From an uncultured Melioribacter sp. (GTDB taxonomy: Bacteria > Bacteroidota > Ignavibacteria > Kapaibacteriales > Kapaibacteriaceae), in contig CAYXKK010000004.1 in the NCBI GenBank assembly GCA_964465685.1, positions 24,697 to 88,696 on the forward strand: a stretch of DNA of 64,000 bases. The letters are read 5' to 3'. The notes under the pieces were generated by a model. The model did no database searches. It was not told where the DNA came from and saw only the letters and a program-made list of their open reading frames with translations. Position 1 is the stretch's first letter. Every line of letters starts with the position of its first letter. Positions 31,578-42,729 of this stretch are shown piece by piece. A program made the position numbers and the translations under genes.

Positions 31578-33081
31578 TGCGCTCTGCGGCGAGACGTCCA
31601 GTCTCCGCAGCCCCATTCATGTAGCCTTTGTGCTGCAGGCTGCAATGCTCGCCAGCGAAGTGTAGGTTGCCCACTGGTGCACCTTCGACGCCATAGAACT
31701 CTGTCCACTGACCCGGTCCGTAGGCCGAATAGGATGCCTTGATGTATGGCTGCGATGGCCAATGAATGCGCTCGACGCGTGTTGGTTGAATGCCGACACT
31801 GAATGGCCACACAGTGTTGATGTGCTGCATCATCATCGCGCCGGCTTCTTTGTTCGACATACCACTGATGATGCGACTCATACTGCCGCCATAGAACATC
31901 GTCAGGCCAGCCCCCTTCACATCCTGCATATGAGAGTTCTCCCACACAAGTTGCAGCGGAAGGTCTGTGAGAATTGTGCCACTTCGTTCGTTCTTTAGCC
32001 AGAACGCATCGTTGAAACCCACAAGCAGCTTGCCATTGGTGCCATAGCGTAGTTCGTTGATCACGCGACGCTTGAGCTCGGGGAGTTCAATATTGATCGT
32101 GACATTGCGCAGCATCGTAAACGGTAACGCGAGCACAACGTAGTCTGCTGCAACATGTACGGGATCGATTCCGCGCTGGAAGGCCAGCACGAATCGCTCT
32201 CCATCGTGCGATACATCGGTGAGCACGTGGTTAGTATGTGTCGTGGTTTGTACCGACGCTGCGAGTGCGTTGGTAATGCGTTGTACACCGCCGCGAACTA
32301 CGAAGCGTTCGTCGCTCGCACCGAATGGCTTAAACTCTCCATCCGATGTGTCGGTGCTCACCATTGTGATCAGATTGAGTGCGCTTTGCTCGCCAAGTTC
32401 GAGTCCGTTCTCGGTGACGAAGGCAATCTCGAGGAGCGAGCGTAGCCACCCCTCAATGCCGAGACCGGCAAAGTAGGATTCGAGCGAAAGCAGATCGAGT
32501 GAGCGTGCTGGACTTGTTCGCAGGTCTGCGAGAGATGGTGGTAGCTTCTCCGCGTCGGCTGCGATCTGCGCGAGGAACGGTTCGACGGCTTCGACGATGT
32601 CATCCATCGTGTAGGCACGGCCGTGGAGGTAGAACGTGTCGTTGTCGTGATACCGCATTGAGTCAGTATCGATGAGGTCAACTCCCAACTCATTTGCGAG
32701 CGTGAGCATGTCGCCATGGCCGCTATCGATGAACTCGCCGCCGAGCTCTGTCCATGCACCGTCAATCAGAAGATTGTTGGCAGTTAAACACCGTCCACCC
32801 GTACGCTTGGATGCTTCGAAGACTGCAACGTCCACGTTCGCCCTCTTCAACAACCATGCAGCGTGGAGTCCGGCCAAGCCTGCACCGACAACGGCAACGC
32901 GCACTGTGCGATCAATGCGAATAGACGGTGCCTTTGTGCAGCTCTGGATGATGGATGGCGTAGCAGCCGCTGCAGCCGCCAGTGCGGATGTCTGCAGGAA
33001 TGACCGTCGTGATGGACTGTGCTGTGCGTGTGCTTGCGCAATCGCACGGCGAACAAGGTTCATGAGAGGTGTTCGGGCCAT
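31558..33081 (-). CDS. Tat-secreted flavin-containing amine oxidase family protein
   Basis: Tat signal SRRSFLQTSALAAAAAA. FAD-binding VAVVGAGLAGLHAAWLL..VFEAS.RTGGR and C-terminal FAGEH. Confidence 0.75.
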   Translation of the reverse strand: MARTPLMNLVRRAIAQAHAQHSPSRRSFLQTSALAAAAAATPSIIQSCTKAPSIRIDRTVRVAVVGAGLAGLHAAWLLKRANVDVAVFEASKRTGGRCLTANNLLIDGAWTELGGEFIDSGHGDMLTLANELGVDLIDTDSMRYHDNDTFYLHGRAYTMDDIVEAVEPFLAQIAADAEKLPPSLADLRTSPARSLDLLSLESYFAGLGIEGWLRSLLEIAFVTENGLELGEQSALNLITMVSTDTSDGEFKPFGASDERFVVRGGVQRITNALAASVQTTTHTNHVLTDVSHDGERFVLAFQRGIDPVHVAADYVVLALPFTMLRNVTINIELPELKRRVINELRYGTNGKLLVGFNDAFWLKNERSGTILTDLPLQLVWENSHMQDVKGAGLTMFYGGSMSRIISGMSNKEAGAMMMQHINTVWPFSVGIQPTRVERIHWPSQPYIKASYSAYGPGQWTEFYGVEGAPVGNLHFAGEHCSLQHKGYMNGAAETGRLAAERIIAALA

Positions 33082-33120
33082 GTCGCAAAGATACTGGGCA
33101 AGGGGCCTGCATCAACTGCG

Positions 33121-34512
33121 TTACTTGCGCAGAATACGAAACACGGTACGACGGTTCTTTGCTTGGTTCTCGGGTGAGTCGTTCGGGACAACCGGCATGC
33201 TGAATCCGTAGCCCTTCGTACGCAGACGCGTGGCGTCGATGCCACGCGCAACAAGGGCCGACTTAACAGCTTCAGCGCGAGCGTTGGACAGACGTAGGTT
33301 GAACTCCTCACCACCGATGTTGTCCGTGTGACCCTGGACTTCAAGAACGACACGCTCGAAGCGCTCCATCGCGTCGGCTAGCTCATCGAGAATGTAGTAC
33401 GACGAAGTGTCGATAATGCTCTGATTGTAAGCAAACAGGATTGGCCTCGAGAATTCATCACGAATGTCTGGCGGTATCAGCGGCGACTTGTCGTACTGCC
33501 CGCGTGCGATCAGCGTGTCGCGTCCTGGGAGTTGCACCGTAAGGTCGACAACGTGGAGGCCTTCATAGCGTGGTGGTGTGTAGGTAACGAGGTAGTAGTT
33601 ACGGAGGCTGCGATAGATATCCATAAAGATCGCCAGCAGGTCCTTCTTCGTGTACGCTCGATAGTACTTCCCACCAGTGTAGAGCGACAGGTCTTGCAGC
33701 GGCTCGTCCTGAGCGTAGCCAAAGCCGACGCAGTAAATCGAGATGTTGTGCTTCGTTGCGTACTCAAAGATATCACCCACCTTTGCCGTCGATAGATTCT
33801 CGTCTCCATCAGCAAACACAACACAGACCTTTGGCTGGTCAAGGGGCACGCGTTCAAGAGTTTTCAGTGTCTTCAGTATTCCATCGTACGTCGCAGTAAA
33901 CAACCCTTGCGACATCTTTCGGTAGTCGCGAAACGCGCGCATCATCTCCGCAGTGTCCGATGTAAGTGGGAACACCGTGCGAATGTCTTTGTGGTAGGCG
34001 GTTAGTGAGATGTTGTCGAACGATCGCTTGAGTCCGATAAAGATTTCTGTGCCGTAGTCGATCGTTTCTTTCACGCCCTTCATCGAACCCGAACAGTCGA
34101 TTGCCAGAGCAATGTTCGCTGGTATCGAGTCGGCTTCGCCATACTCCCGAACGCGGAACTCCGAAATGGGTGCGTGCTTCTGTTTGCGGCGAGACCCAAG
34201 ATGCTCGACAAGAGTAGGGAAGTAGTTCGGTGCAGTATCGGCCTTGTACGGATACGCCATGTGCGTTACTACGTAGCCAGTTGTATCGAGCACGCGGACG
34301 AACAATCGAATCGAATCCGGATAGGCGTAATGTTCGAGCTTCCAGACATCAGTCCGCACATTGCGAACATCGACAGAGTCGATGTGGCGTGTGCCAACAA
34401 ACCTGAGCTCAACGGTCTTCTCACCATCGCTCCGCAGATCGAAGTTTTGCTTGAGCTTGCGGGGTCCGCCACAGGATGCACAGACCACTGCAAGGATGAT
34501 CCACAGGAGGAC
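33121..34512 (-). CDS. Lipoprotein with a von Willebrand factor A domain and a C-terminal OmpA-like peptidoglycan-binding domain
   Basis: MIDAS motif LAIDCSGSM. The C-terminal GHTDNIGGEEFNLRLSNARAEAV...NRRTVF is the OmpA_C signature. Start chosen at MNVLLWIILAVVCASCG. Confidence 0.75.
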   Translation of the reverse strand, partial: VLLWIILAVVCASCGGPRKLKQNFDLRSDGEKTVELRFVGTRHIDSVDVRNVRTDVWKLEHYAYPDSIRLFVRVLDTTGYVVTHMAYPYKADTAPNYFPTLVEHLGSRRKQKHAPISEFRVREYGEADSIPANIALAIDCSGSMKGVKETIDYGTEIFIGLKRSFDNISLTAYHKDIRTVFPLTSDTAEMMRAFRDYRKMSQGLFTATYDGILKTLKTLERVPLDQPKVCVVFADGDENLSTAKVGDIFEYATKHNISIYCVGFGYAQDEPLQDLSLYTGGKYYRAYTKKDLLAIFMDIYRSLRNYYLVTYTPPRYEGLHVVDLTVQLPGRDTLIARGQYDKSPLIPPDIRDEFSRPILFAYNQSIIDTSSYYILDELADAMERFERVVLEVQGHTDNIGGEEFNLRLSNARAEAVKSALVARGIDATRLRTKGYGFSMPVVPNDSPENQAKNRRTVFRILRK

Positions 34513-34528
34513 GTTCATGAGTGGGAGC

Positions 34529-35476
34529 TTACTTGCGATGACCAAGCCCGACGTTCACATTCACGCCATCGCGTCCGAAGTCCTTCAGAACCTTGCGGAG
34601 CGAGATAAGCGTCGAGTCGAGCTTGCCGAACAACGTTTCGTCGTACATCAACGCATTCAGGAGGCTTTTATTTGTACGAAGGTCGTGTACCATCCCGCTC
34701 ACGCGCGTGGTGAGCGTGTCTACGTTCGCCAGAGCTCCGTCAGCCTTGGACAGTGTGCCCTCGAGGCTCTTTACAACTGTTTCCGTGCGCGCAATAATGC
34801 GTGACACGGCAGGTTCGTTCCGATGTACGCTCTCGCGTAGCTCTGATGTGAGCGCCTTGAGATCCTGAACCGTTGCAGTCAGCGCACCGCGGTTGTCCTG
34901 CATGAACATGCGTAGATCGGTCAGCGCAAGTGCGCCGTCGCTTGTCATCGTCTTGATGTTTGCTACCACAGAGCCATCACGCAGCAAATCGCTTGCGGCC
35001 ATGCTGATTGTGTCCAGACGCTTGATGAGCCCTGTAATGTCGCCACTCGCGTCGCCCAATACGCCAACCAGTGTTCCGATGTCAGCTGCGACACGGCCGG
35101 GGATCTCGGCTGTGGGGTTGTACGGCGATGCCGCACTGCCTGGTGTTATCTCGAGCTTCTTGCCGCCAGTGATTTCCAGAATGGACACCATGGCTTGTGC
35201 GTCAGACTTGAGGTCGGAGATATCGTCGAGCGTTGCTGTGACCAGTACGCTGCCGTCATCGTTGCGCACTTGCGTGACCGTTCCACGGCGCACGCCAAGC
35301 ACAACGACAGGGCTTCCCGCATCGATGCCGCCGGATGACGGCAAACGGACTGCGACAGACTTCTGTGTTGGACTAAAACTTATACCCTTGCCAAGCATGA
35401 TGCCGATCACTAGGAGTGCGATCGAAATCACGCTAACGATGCCTACTCGAATTTCCGTGCTACGCGAAACGTCCAA
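34529..35476 (-). CDS. MlaD/MCE-domain protein
   Basis: N-terminal TM helix plus MCE beta-barrel region (VAVRLPSSGGIDAGSPVVVLGVRRGTV), followed by an extended helical tail. Confidence 0.8.
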   Translation of the reverse strand: MDVSRSTEIRVGIVSVISIALLVIGIMLGKGISFSPTQKSVAVRLPSSGGIDAGSPVVVLGVRRGTVTQVRNDDGSVLVTATLDDISDLKSDAQAMVSILEITGGKKLEITPGSAASPYNPTAEIPGRVAADIGTLVGVLGDASGDITGLIKRLDTISMAASDLLRDGSVVANIKTMTSDGALALTDLRMFMQDNRGALTATVQDLKALTSELRESVHRNEPAVSRIIARTETVVKSLEGTLSKADGALANVDTLTTRVSGMVHDLRTNKSLLNALMYDETLFGKLDSTLISLRKVLKDFGRDGVNVNVGLGHRK

Positions 35477-35498
35477 AAGTCAAGTCTCCGATTGAACA

Positions 35499-35906
35499 TC
35501 AGAACGGTATATCGTCTGATGGTTGTGATGAGTGCTGCTCGTGCTCGTTGCCATTACCTGGCATGTCGGCACGCTTTGCGTCCAGCAACAACAAATTGTC
35601 CGCAACGATTTCCGTCACGTAGCGCTTGTTCCCATCGCGGTCATCAAATGAGCGCGATTGGATCTTGCCCTCGACGTACACTCGCGTTCCGCGGCGAATG
35701 AGTTTTTCAACCACATCAGCCAAACCGCGCCATGCGACAACGGTGTGCCAATCGGTGTGTTCTTGCACAGCGCCGTCTTTGTCCTTCCACGTCTCAGACG
35801 TGGCAAGACGGAAATGCGCGACCTTGACACCGCTCGGCGTGAAGTTGACATCGGGATCTTTCCCGACATTGCCGATGAGCATCGCTTTGTTGAGTGTACG
35901 CGACAT
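35499..35906 (-). CDS. ssb: Single-stranded DNA-binding protein
   Basis: OB-fold with TDWH...W motifs and the acidic C-terminal tip DDIPF. Confidence 0.92.
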   Translation of the reverse strand: MSRTLNKAMLIGNVGKDPDVNFTPSGVKVAHFRLATSETWKDKDGAVQEHTDWHTVVAWRGLADVVEKLIRRGTRVYVEGKIQSRSFDDRDGNKRYVTEIVADNLLLLDAKRADMPGNGNEHEQHSSQPSDDIPF

Positions 35907-36032
35907 ACGTCACCTATGGAATTGTTCCAACGAATCGTTCCGGTCTACGCGTCGTTGCTGGCTCGAATATACCACGCCACATCGCGCCTACCGCAACATG
36001 TCGAGGTGTCGATCCAGTAAAACGTGACTCGG

Positions 36033-36788
36033 CTATTGAATGACTGGCAGAAGTTGAGGTCGACTTGGTGCAGCATCGCCATCAAACCCGGCGATGTTGA
36101 ACATGATGCCATAGACGCCGTCGGTGACGTCATTTGGCACATAGATGAACTCCGTGATGGTGCAGGTCTCGCGTGGTGCTGCGGGCCACTGCCAAAAGGT
36201 CCAATGCGCTGGGAGCTGTCCGGCACTCTCCTCACGATCAACCGACGGAAGGTCGATGAGAAGATGCCGCACGCCACGACCAACGATCAACTGCATGGCT
36301 TCGGGCTGTACGTATGGTGGGTTCGTTCCCGACCATTGACGGAATTGTTTGGTGTCGTCGTTTGGTGATGTGCGGAGCACAAGCGTTGTGCACCCAGCGT
36401 GGTCCCACGCTTGCTCAAGTGCTGTGCGCGTGATAACGCGATCGCCATCGATATCCTCAAGCGCAACAGTAATAAGCTGCGCGGCGTCGACGAGATCCGT
36501 CATGCACTGTGGTAGACGATAGCGTTGTCCGGCCACATGTCCAATGCACTCGGTGTGTGTGCCGTTCCCGTGCGGTGCAAACGTGATGACGTCGCATCGT
36601 ACAGGGCCCCCTTCTTCGATACTGCCAACAAACGAACCTGCGCGGAACGGCGTAAACGTTGCATAGGGCAGGAAGAATCCGTTTGGCTGTTCGTTCGGTG
36701 ACACGCACAGCGTGATGTCGATCGGATGCGCGACATCAACAGTAATGTGTGTTTCGCCAAGGGGCAGGGTAAGCGTGAAACCGGACAT
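36033..36788 (-). CDS. Putative cyclase family protein (kynurenine formamidase-like fold)
   Basis: HxGTHxD-type metal motif (HGNGTHTECIGH) and overall ~250-aa length typical of the cyclase family. Confidence 0.65.
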   Translation of the reverse strand: MSGFTLTLPLGETHITVDVAHPIDITLCVSPNEQPNGFFLPYATFTPFRAGSFVGSIEEGGPVRCDVITFAPHGNGTHTECIGHVAGQRYRLPQCMTDLVDAAQLITVALEDIDGDRVITRTALEQAWDHAGCTTLVLRTSPNDDTKQFRQWSGTNPPYVQPEAMQLIVGRGVRHLLIDLPSVDREESAGQLPAHWTFWQWPAAPRETCTITEFIYVPNDVTDGVYGIMFNIAGFDGDAAPSRPQLLPVIQ

Positions 36789-36809
36789 GCGCGAAGTTAC
36801 AACGCGGAG

Positions 36810-38006
<1,197 letters not shown>

Positions 38007-38008
38007 GG

Positions 38009-38989
38009 TTACTTCTTCGTGATCCACTCGGCCCATCCACCTGTGTAGATGAAGATCGGACCGTAGGCAAATCGTTTGAGAACATCGGCGACATGATGCG
38101 AGAGTTCACACTCGCCACCATCGCAGTAAATGAGAATCACACGATCCTTGGGTACCGCTTGCAGCATGTCGGGGATACGTGCTTCCGCCTCGCCACCATA
38201 GAAGTTGACGGCATTTGGAATATGACCTTCCGCATACTTCTCTGCACCGCGTGCATCGATCAGGTAATAGGGTCCAGCGTTGAGGAAGGTCTTGAATTGC
38301 GTGTAGGTGATTTCGCGCACCACCCCAGGTGCTGGCACAAACGTTGGCTGCTCTTGCTTTGGCTGTTGCTCTGCTACTGCCGCAGTTGGCGCTTGCTGCT
38401 GAGGCTGCGCAGCCGTTGGTTGTTGCGGCTGAGCGATTGGTTGCTGCTGTGGTGCGGCTGTTGGCGTGATGTACTTGGTGATCTCGGAAGAGTCGAGTGT
38501 GATGCGCTCGTATTCTTTCTTGAGCCACGGGATCGACTTGCTATTCATGGCGTTGAAGGTGATAGCAAGTCCGAGAGCGCACAGCACGATAAGTCCTGCA
38601 TCGCGGAGCATCCCACCCTTAGGCGCAGCATGCGAGCGCTCGGTGCCGCTGTTCATACGTCCGAGTGGTTCGCCGGCAAGCAGATGGAAGTGGATGTGTG
38701 GCACAGTTTGGCCTGCATCACCGTTGGTGTTGGTCACAACGCGGTAGCCCGATTCGTGCACACCAAATGTGCGTGCAAGATTGCGAGCGACGAGGAAGAC
38801 CTTACCGACGAGATCGGCATCAGCGTCATTTAGGGTATCGACGCTCGCAATGACACGCTTGGGGATGATCAGGATGTGTAGTTGTGCACTCGGCGCGATG
38901 TCGCGAATGGCAATAATCTCGTCGTCTTCATACTCGATCGTCGCGGGTATCTCACGCTGAATGATTCGCTCGAAGATTGTCTGTGCCAT
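38009..38989 (-). CDS. Fusion protein: HIT (histidine triad) hydrolase, a TM helix, a Gln/Pro-rich linker, and a rhodanese domain
   Basis: N-terminal HIT motif HIHFHLL. Hydrophobic segment LIVLCALGLAITF. Low-complexity PQQQPIAQPQQPTAAQPQQQ. C-terminal rhodanese with active-site Cys in ILIYCDGGECE. Confidence 0.75.
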   Translation of the reverse strand: MAQTIFERIIQREIPATIEYEDDEIIAIRDIAPSAQLHILIIPKRVIASVDTLNDADADLVGKVFLVARNLARTFGVHESGYRVVTNTNGDAGQTVPHIHFHLLAGEPLGRMNSGTERSHAAPKGGMLRDAGLIVLCALGLAITFNAMNSKSIPWLKKEYERITLDSSEITKYITPTAAPQQQPIAQPQQPTAAQPQQQAPTAAVAEQQPKQEQPTFVPAPGVVREITYTQFKTFLNAGPYYLIDARGAEKYAEGHIPNAVNFYGGEAEARIPDMLQAVPKDRVILIYCDGGECELSHHVADVLKRFAYGPIFIYTGGWAEWITKK

Positions 38990-39000
38990 ACGTTGTGCTT

Positions 39001-39393
39001 TCAGGCGATTCCGTAATACGATTTGAGTGTTTGGTAGGCCGACGTGATTTCGCGCGCCCTCGCAGTAGCTCGTGCATGTGTTTCCGCATCGGCTCGGGCA
39101 AAACGATCAGGGTGCCAAGCGGCGATTGACGTACGAAATGCCTTCTTGATGTGCTCGTGGGTGGATCCGACAGGAACATTGAGCGCGGTATGTGCTGCGA
39201 TGATGTGCTGCGGAACGTTCGGCGGAGGGGTCGGGGGAGGCGTCCGAGGGGGGGTGTCGTGAGACAACTCCTCGATGATACGCCGCAGCTCGTCATCGTC
39301 TCCAGCAAGGATGTCGTCGATCGACGGACTTCCTGAGCGCTGCGACGAAAGCTCGCTTGCGACGATGTTCTTGATGCGACTGAAAATGCCCAT
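39001..39393 (-). CDS. Small protein with a C-terminal J domain (DnaJ-like, ~130 aa)
   Basis: C-terminal HEHIKKAFRTSIAAWHPDRF...ITSAYQTLK contains the HPD motif. Start chosen at MGIFSRIKNIV, 9 nt after the upstream stop. Confidence 0.6.
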   Translation of the reverse strand: MGIFSRIKNIVASELSSQRSGSPSIDDILAGDDDELRRIIEELSHDTPPRTPPPTPPPNVPQHIIAAHTALNVPVGSTHEHIKKAFRTSIAAWHPDRFARADAETHARATARAREITSAYQTLKSYYGIA

Positions 39394-39401
39394 GTGGCAA
39401 A

Positions 39402-41810
39402 TTACAACCGCGCGCCGATGGAGAAGTAGAAGAGGACCGGTCCCCAGGCAACTGCATCGGGGTTGCTGATGAAGAAGAATGAGCGTCCAACCGAAAACTG
39501 TGCTGGTCCAACTGGTGTGTCGAGTCCGACACGCAATCCGAGTCCGTGATTCATATCCGCAATGCGGATCTTTTCGGGACGTTCCCAGACCGCACCAAGG
39601 TCGTAGCGAAGCGCAACGTAGGTATCGAAGAAAATCCGGAAGGGCATCTTCCATCGCGCCTCAAGATTCGCTACTGCAATTTGGCGTCCACGCTCCTGAT
39701 CTTCACGCCACCCGAAGAAGATGTCTTCACCCCCAAGACTAAACAATTCCGGGGATGGCAGTGTAAGGTCGGCGGCTCCGATAAGGCCGCTCGGCGTGAT
39801 GACAACATCACCCACCTGTACAGATGTACTCGCCGATGCTGTGAACTTGGTGAACGACAGACTGTTCGAGAGGCTAAGAATGGACGACTCGAATGTCAGG
39901 TCGATCTGACGTCCTCGCGTTGGATAGGTGAGCGCATCACGGTCATCCCATCGTGCAACACCGCGAAGTGTAGCAAGGGGCTGGTATTCCGGCGCAGTAC
40001 TTGAGTTCAGATCACGATAGCGCTGCTGCTCGTATCGGAATTCGCCCAAGATCACGCCGTTCCGCTCGAGCTGACGTCCAGCTGAGGCACGCAGACCATA
40101 GCGTTCTTCGGCAAACTCACCTACACGCAGCGGAATCGGAGAATTCGCCGGACGCCCAACAGTATTCCGATAGATCCACACATTGCGGAAGCTTGCATAG
40201 CCCCGTATAGAAGCGGTCCAGAGAGTGCCGCGGAAGCGTGGGAGTTCGAGCGATGCAGCTGCAACTCCAATGCGCTCGCTAATCGCGCCGCGCGCAACAA
40301 CACGAACGCCAGTGGTGAAAAGATTTTCGTGCACGAGATCAAGGCTGCCCTGGGTGTAGCGCTCGTTGTCGACGCGAGCACCGATGCGCAGAAGTTGATT
40401 GCCGCCGTCACGACCTGCGATATCGATGCGTGTTCCGATGGTATCTCGTGCAACAAGAATCGAAGCGTCGGCGATAATGTCTGACGCATACATGTTCTCG
40501 AGTGTGCGTTGCAGCGCCTCCGACGTGTGTGTGTCGCCTGCGCGTACGGCTACTTCACGCAACACGTCGGTTTTACGCAAGCGGTCACTATTCGATACCG
40601 TGATGCGATTGACCCGACCATCGTCAATGGTCATGCGCAAGGTCTTCGTTGTAACGTCAAAGTCAATGTCACGCACAGATGCAAACGTGTATCCTTCATC
40701 ATGAAGTGCCGACGTGATGCGTGGCAGGTGGTATCGTGCCGTTGCTGGTGTCCAGTCACGACCGACAAGATCATCAAGGCATTCCCGCACGCGCGGAAGC
40801 GTGTCGAGTCCGTTTGCATTGCGCTGGTGAATGGCAACGATCATGCGTGGAAGGTCGTCCTGCTGCTCTATGGCGTGAGTAATACGGACAACGCCCTTCA
40901 ATGATGGTAGCATGCGTTCGGCAGCCTGTTCGCCGAGCGCAATTAGTTGATCGATGTTCGCAAAGTCGAATGTACCTACACCATTTAGTGTCGGTGTTAC
41001 AACAACCGATGCTTTGGCAAGCAGCACAGAATCGCGCTGTTTCATCGACGCCGTCAATGCCTGGTCGGCGATCGCCCATGGTGTGGTGAGCTCTGCTGTC
41101 GGCACAAAGTCGCTCGTTGTATTCACGACAATGATCGCAGTAGGTGCAAATACTTGCGCTGCTTCGATCGGGATGTTGGCTACGAGTCCACCATCAACAA
41201 GAATCGTATCTCCGTTCCACGCTACTGGCGCGTAGCGCAGCGGAAACGTTGCACTCGCACGCATTGCCGTTGCAAGATTGCCTTCACTCAGCGAAACTGG
41301 GCGTCCGGTAGCAAGGTTGGTCGCTACAGCGCGGTAACGCACGTGTAGATCATCAAACGACGTTGCGGTGTTGTACGGACTTTCCCAGAGGATGCGTTGT
41401 AGTGCGGATGTGAAACGCGCGCTCCCACCGAGAGCTGTGGGCGGGATGAATGAAAAGTTTCGGAATCGCAGCGTGAGCAGACTCCGATCATTCTCCTGCT
41501 TCTGTCCGTAAAAAAGAAACTCGCGTCGTGTGTCGGCACCAATTGATGTTACATCGTTCCAGTCAATGGACCGCATGATGCTCGCAATCGAATCAGGCGA
41601 ATAGCCCGCAGCGTACAATCCACCAACAATCGCACCGAACGACGAACCAACGACGACATCGGGGACGATGCCGTTGCGCTCTAACACGCGCAATACCCCG
41701 ATCTGTGCAAGACCCCGCGCACCACCACCTGTGAGCACAAGTGCTATCCGCTGCTGCGCTGCCAGCGGCAGTGCACAGAGGAGGGCGGCGATAGTTAGCA
41801 GAATGCGCAC
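39402..41810 (-). CDS. Patatin-like phospholipase fused to a C-terminal Omp85/bacterial-surface-antigen beta-barrel (PlpD-like, type Vd secretion architecture)
   Basis: Signal peptide. Patatin GGGARG oxyanion region and GSSFG lipase serine, a DGG-type catalytic Asp region, then a ~350-aa Omp85-type barrel ending in an aromatic-rich C-terminus. Confidence 0.8.
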   Translation of the reverse strand: MRILLTIAALLCALPLAAQQRIALVLTGGGARGLAQIGVLRVLERNGIVPDVVVGSSFGAIVGGLYAAGYSPDSIASIMRSIDWNDVTSIGADTRREFLFYGQKQENDRSLLTLRFRNFSFIPPTALGGSARFTSALQRILWESPYNTATSFDDLHVRYRAVATNLATGRPVSLSEGNLATAMRASATFPLRYAPVAWNGDTILVDGGLVANIPIEAAQVFAPTAIIVVNTTSDFVPTAELTTPWAIADQALTASMKQRDSVLLAKASVVVTPTLNGVGTFDFANIDQLIALGEQAAERMLPSLKGVVRITHAIEQQDDLPRMIVAIHQRNANGLDTLPRVRECLDDLVGRDWTPATARYHLPRITSALHDEGYTFASVRDIDFDVTTKTLRMTIDDGRVNRITVSNSDRLRKTDVLREVAVRAGDTHTSEALQRTLENMYASDIIADASILVARDTIGTRIDIAGRDGGNQLLRIGARVDNERYTQGSLDLVHENLFTTGVRVVARGAISERIGVAAASLELPRFRGTLWTASIRGYASFRNVWIYRNTVGRPANSPIPLRVGEFAEERYGLRASAGRQLERNGVILGEFRYEQQRYRDLNSSTAPEYQPLATLRGVARWDDRDALTYPTRGRQIDLTFESSILSLSNSLSFTKFTASASTSVQVGDVVITPSGLIGAADLTLPSPELFSLGGEDIFFGWREDQERGRQIAVANLEARWKMPFRIFFDTYVALRYDLGAVWERPEKIRIADMNHGLGLRVGLDTPVGPAQFSVGRSFFFISNPDAVAWGPVLFYFSIGARL

Positions 41811-41815
41811 GTGTC

Positions 41816-42691
41816 TTATCCGCGTTTTTCGTGATAGGCATCTGCCATTGCGCGCCAGAGTGCTTCGAAGCGATCTTCCTGTGCGTTGCGATCCTCGACG
41901 GCTTGCACTGCGATTGGCTTCGTGCCTTCGTGAGTAAAGATGTCATCACATCGACCGTTGTCGACCGCTGTGACGATGATCTGCGCACACTCATCAGCCG
42001 TCATCATGCGTGATAGGGGAGCGAGTTCTATGCTGAGCTCCTGCGCGATACGACGGCTCTTCGGGATCGCAGCGCCATAGAGTGCGCCGATCGATCCACC
42101 TTCTGTGACGTCGGCCCATTCGGTGAGGATGCCTGCTGGACATACGCAGGTTGCATTGATTCCGCTGCCGACGAGTTCCGTGCGAAGAGCAGCGATGAAG
42201 CCCACTACGGCGTGCTTCGCAGCCACATATGCTGCATTAAACGGATGACCGTACCGTCCGGCCACACTCGAGATTGCCACGATATGTCCGCGTCCACGCG
42301 CACGCATCGACGGAAGTGCTGCACGTGTACACCAGAACACAGCGTCCATGTTGAGCGCGAAGATGTCCCGCCACTGCGATGTCGGCGTGTCCTCGACCGA
42401 TGCCATGTTGCCACGTCCTGCATTGGCAAGAAGCACGTCGATGCCGCCGAATGTGGCGATGGTTTCATCGATCACGCGCTGACATTCCTCTTCGCGTGCG
42501 ACATCGGCAACGATGACATGCGGAGTGCCTCCAGCTGCGCGCACCCGCTCTGCTACCTCGTCGAGACGATCGGCTCGGCGTGCTGCAAGAACAACCGTTG
42601 CCCCACGTTGGGCATACTGCACAGCGCACGCTGCGCCAAGACCCGACGAAGCGCCGGTGATACAAATGACTGATGAGGCATCGATGACCAT
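41816..42691 (-). CDS. Short-chain dehydrogenase/reductase (SDR)
   Basis: TGASSGLGAA cofactor motif and a YxxxK catalytic region (YVAAKHAV). Confidence 0.85.
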   Translation of the reverse strand: MVIDASSVICITGASSGLGAACAVQYAQRGATVVLAARRADRLDEVAERVRAAGGTPHVIVADVAREEECQRVIDETIATFGGIDVLLANAGRGNMASVEDTPTSQWRDIFALNMDAVFWCTRAALPSMRARGRGHIVAISSVAGRYGHPFNAAYVAAKHAVVGFIAALRTELVGSGINATCVCPAGILTEWADVTEGGSIGALYGAAIPKSRRIAQELSIELAPLSRMMTADECAQIIVTAVDNGRCDDIFTHEGTKPIAVQAVEDRNAQEDRFEALWRAMADAYHEKRG

Positions 42692-42729
42692 ACGGGATGC
42701 TTTCAGAGTGGTGAGCGGAATGAACTATG

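Noticed and set aside
38093-38833. 246-aa plus-strand ORF
   Set aside because: Antisense to the HIT-rhodanese fusion gene. Its composition is driven by the Q/P-codon repeats on the other strand.
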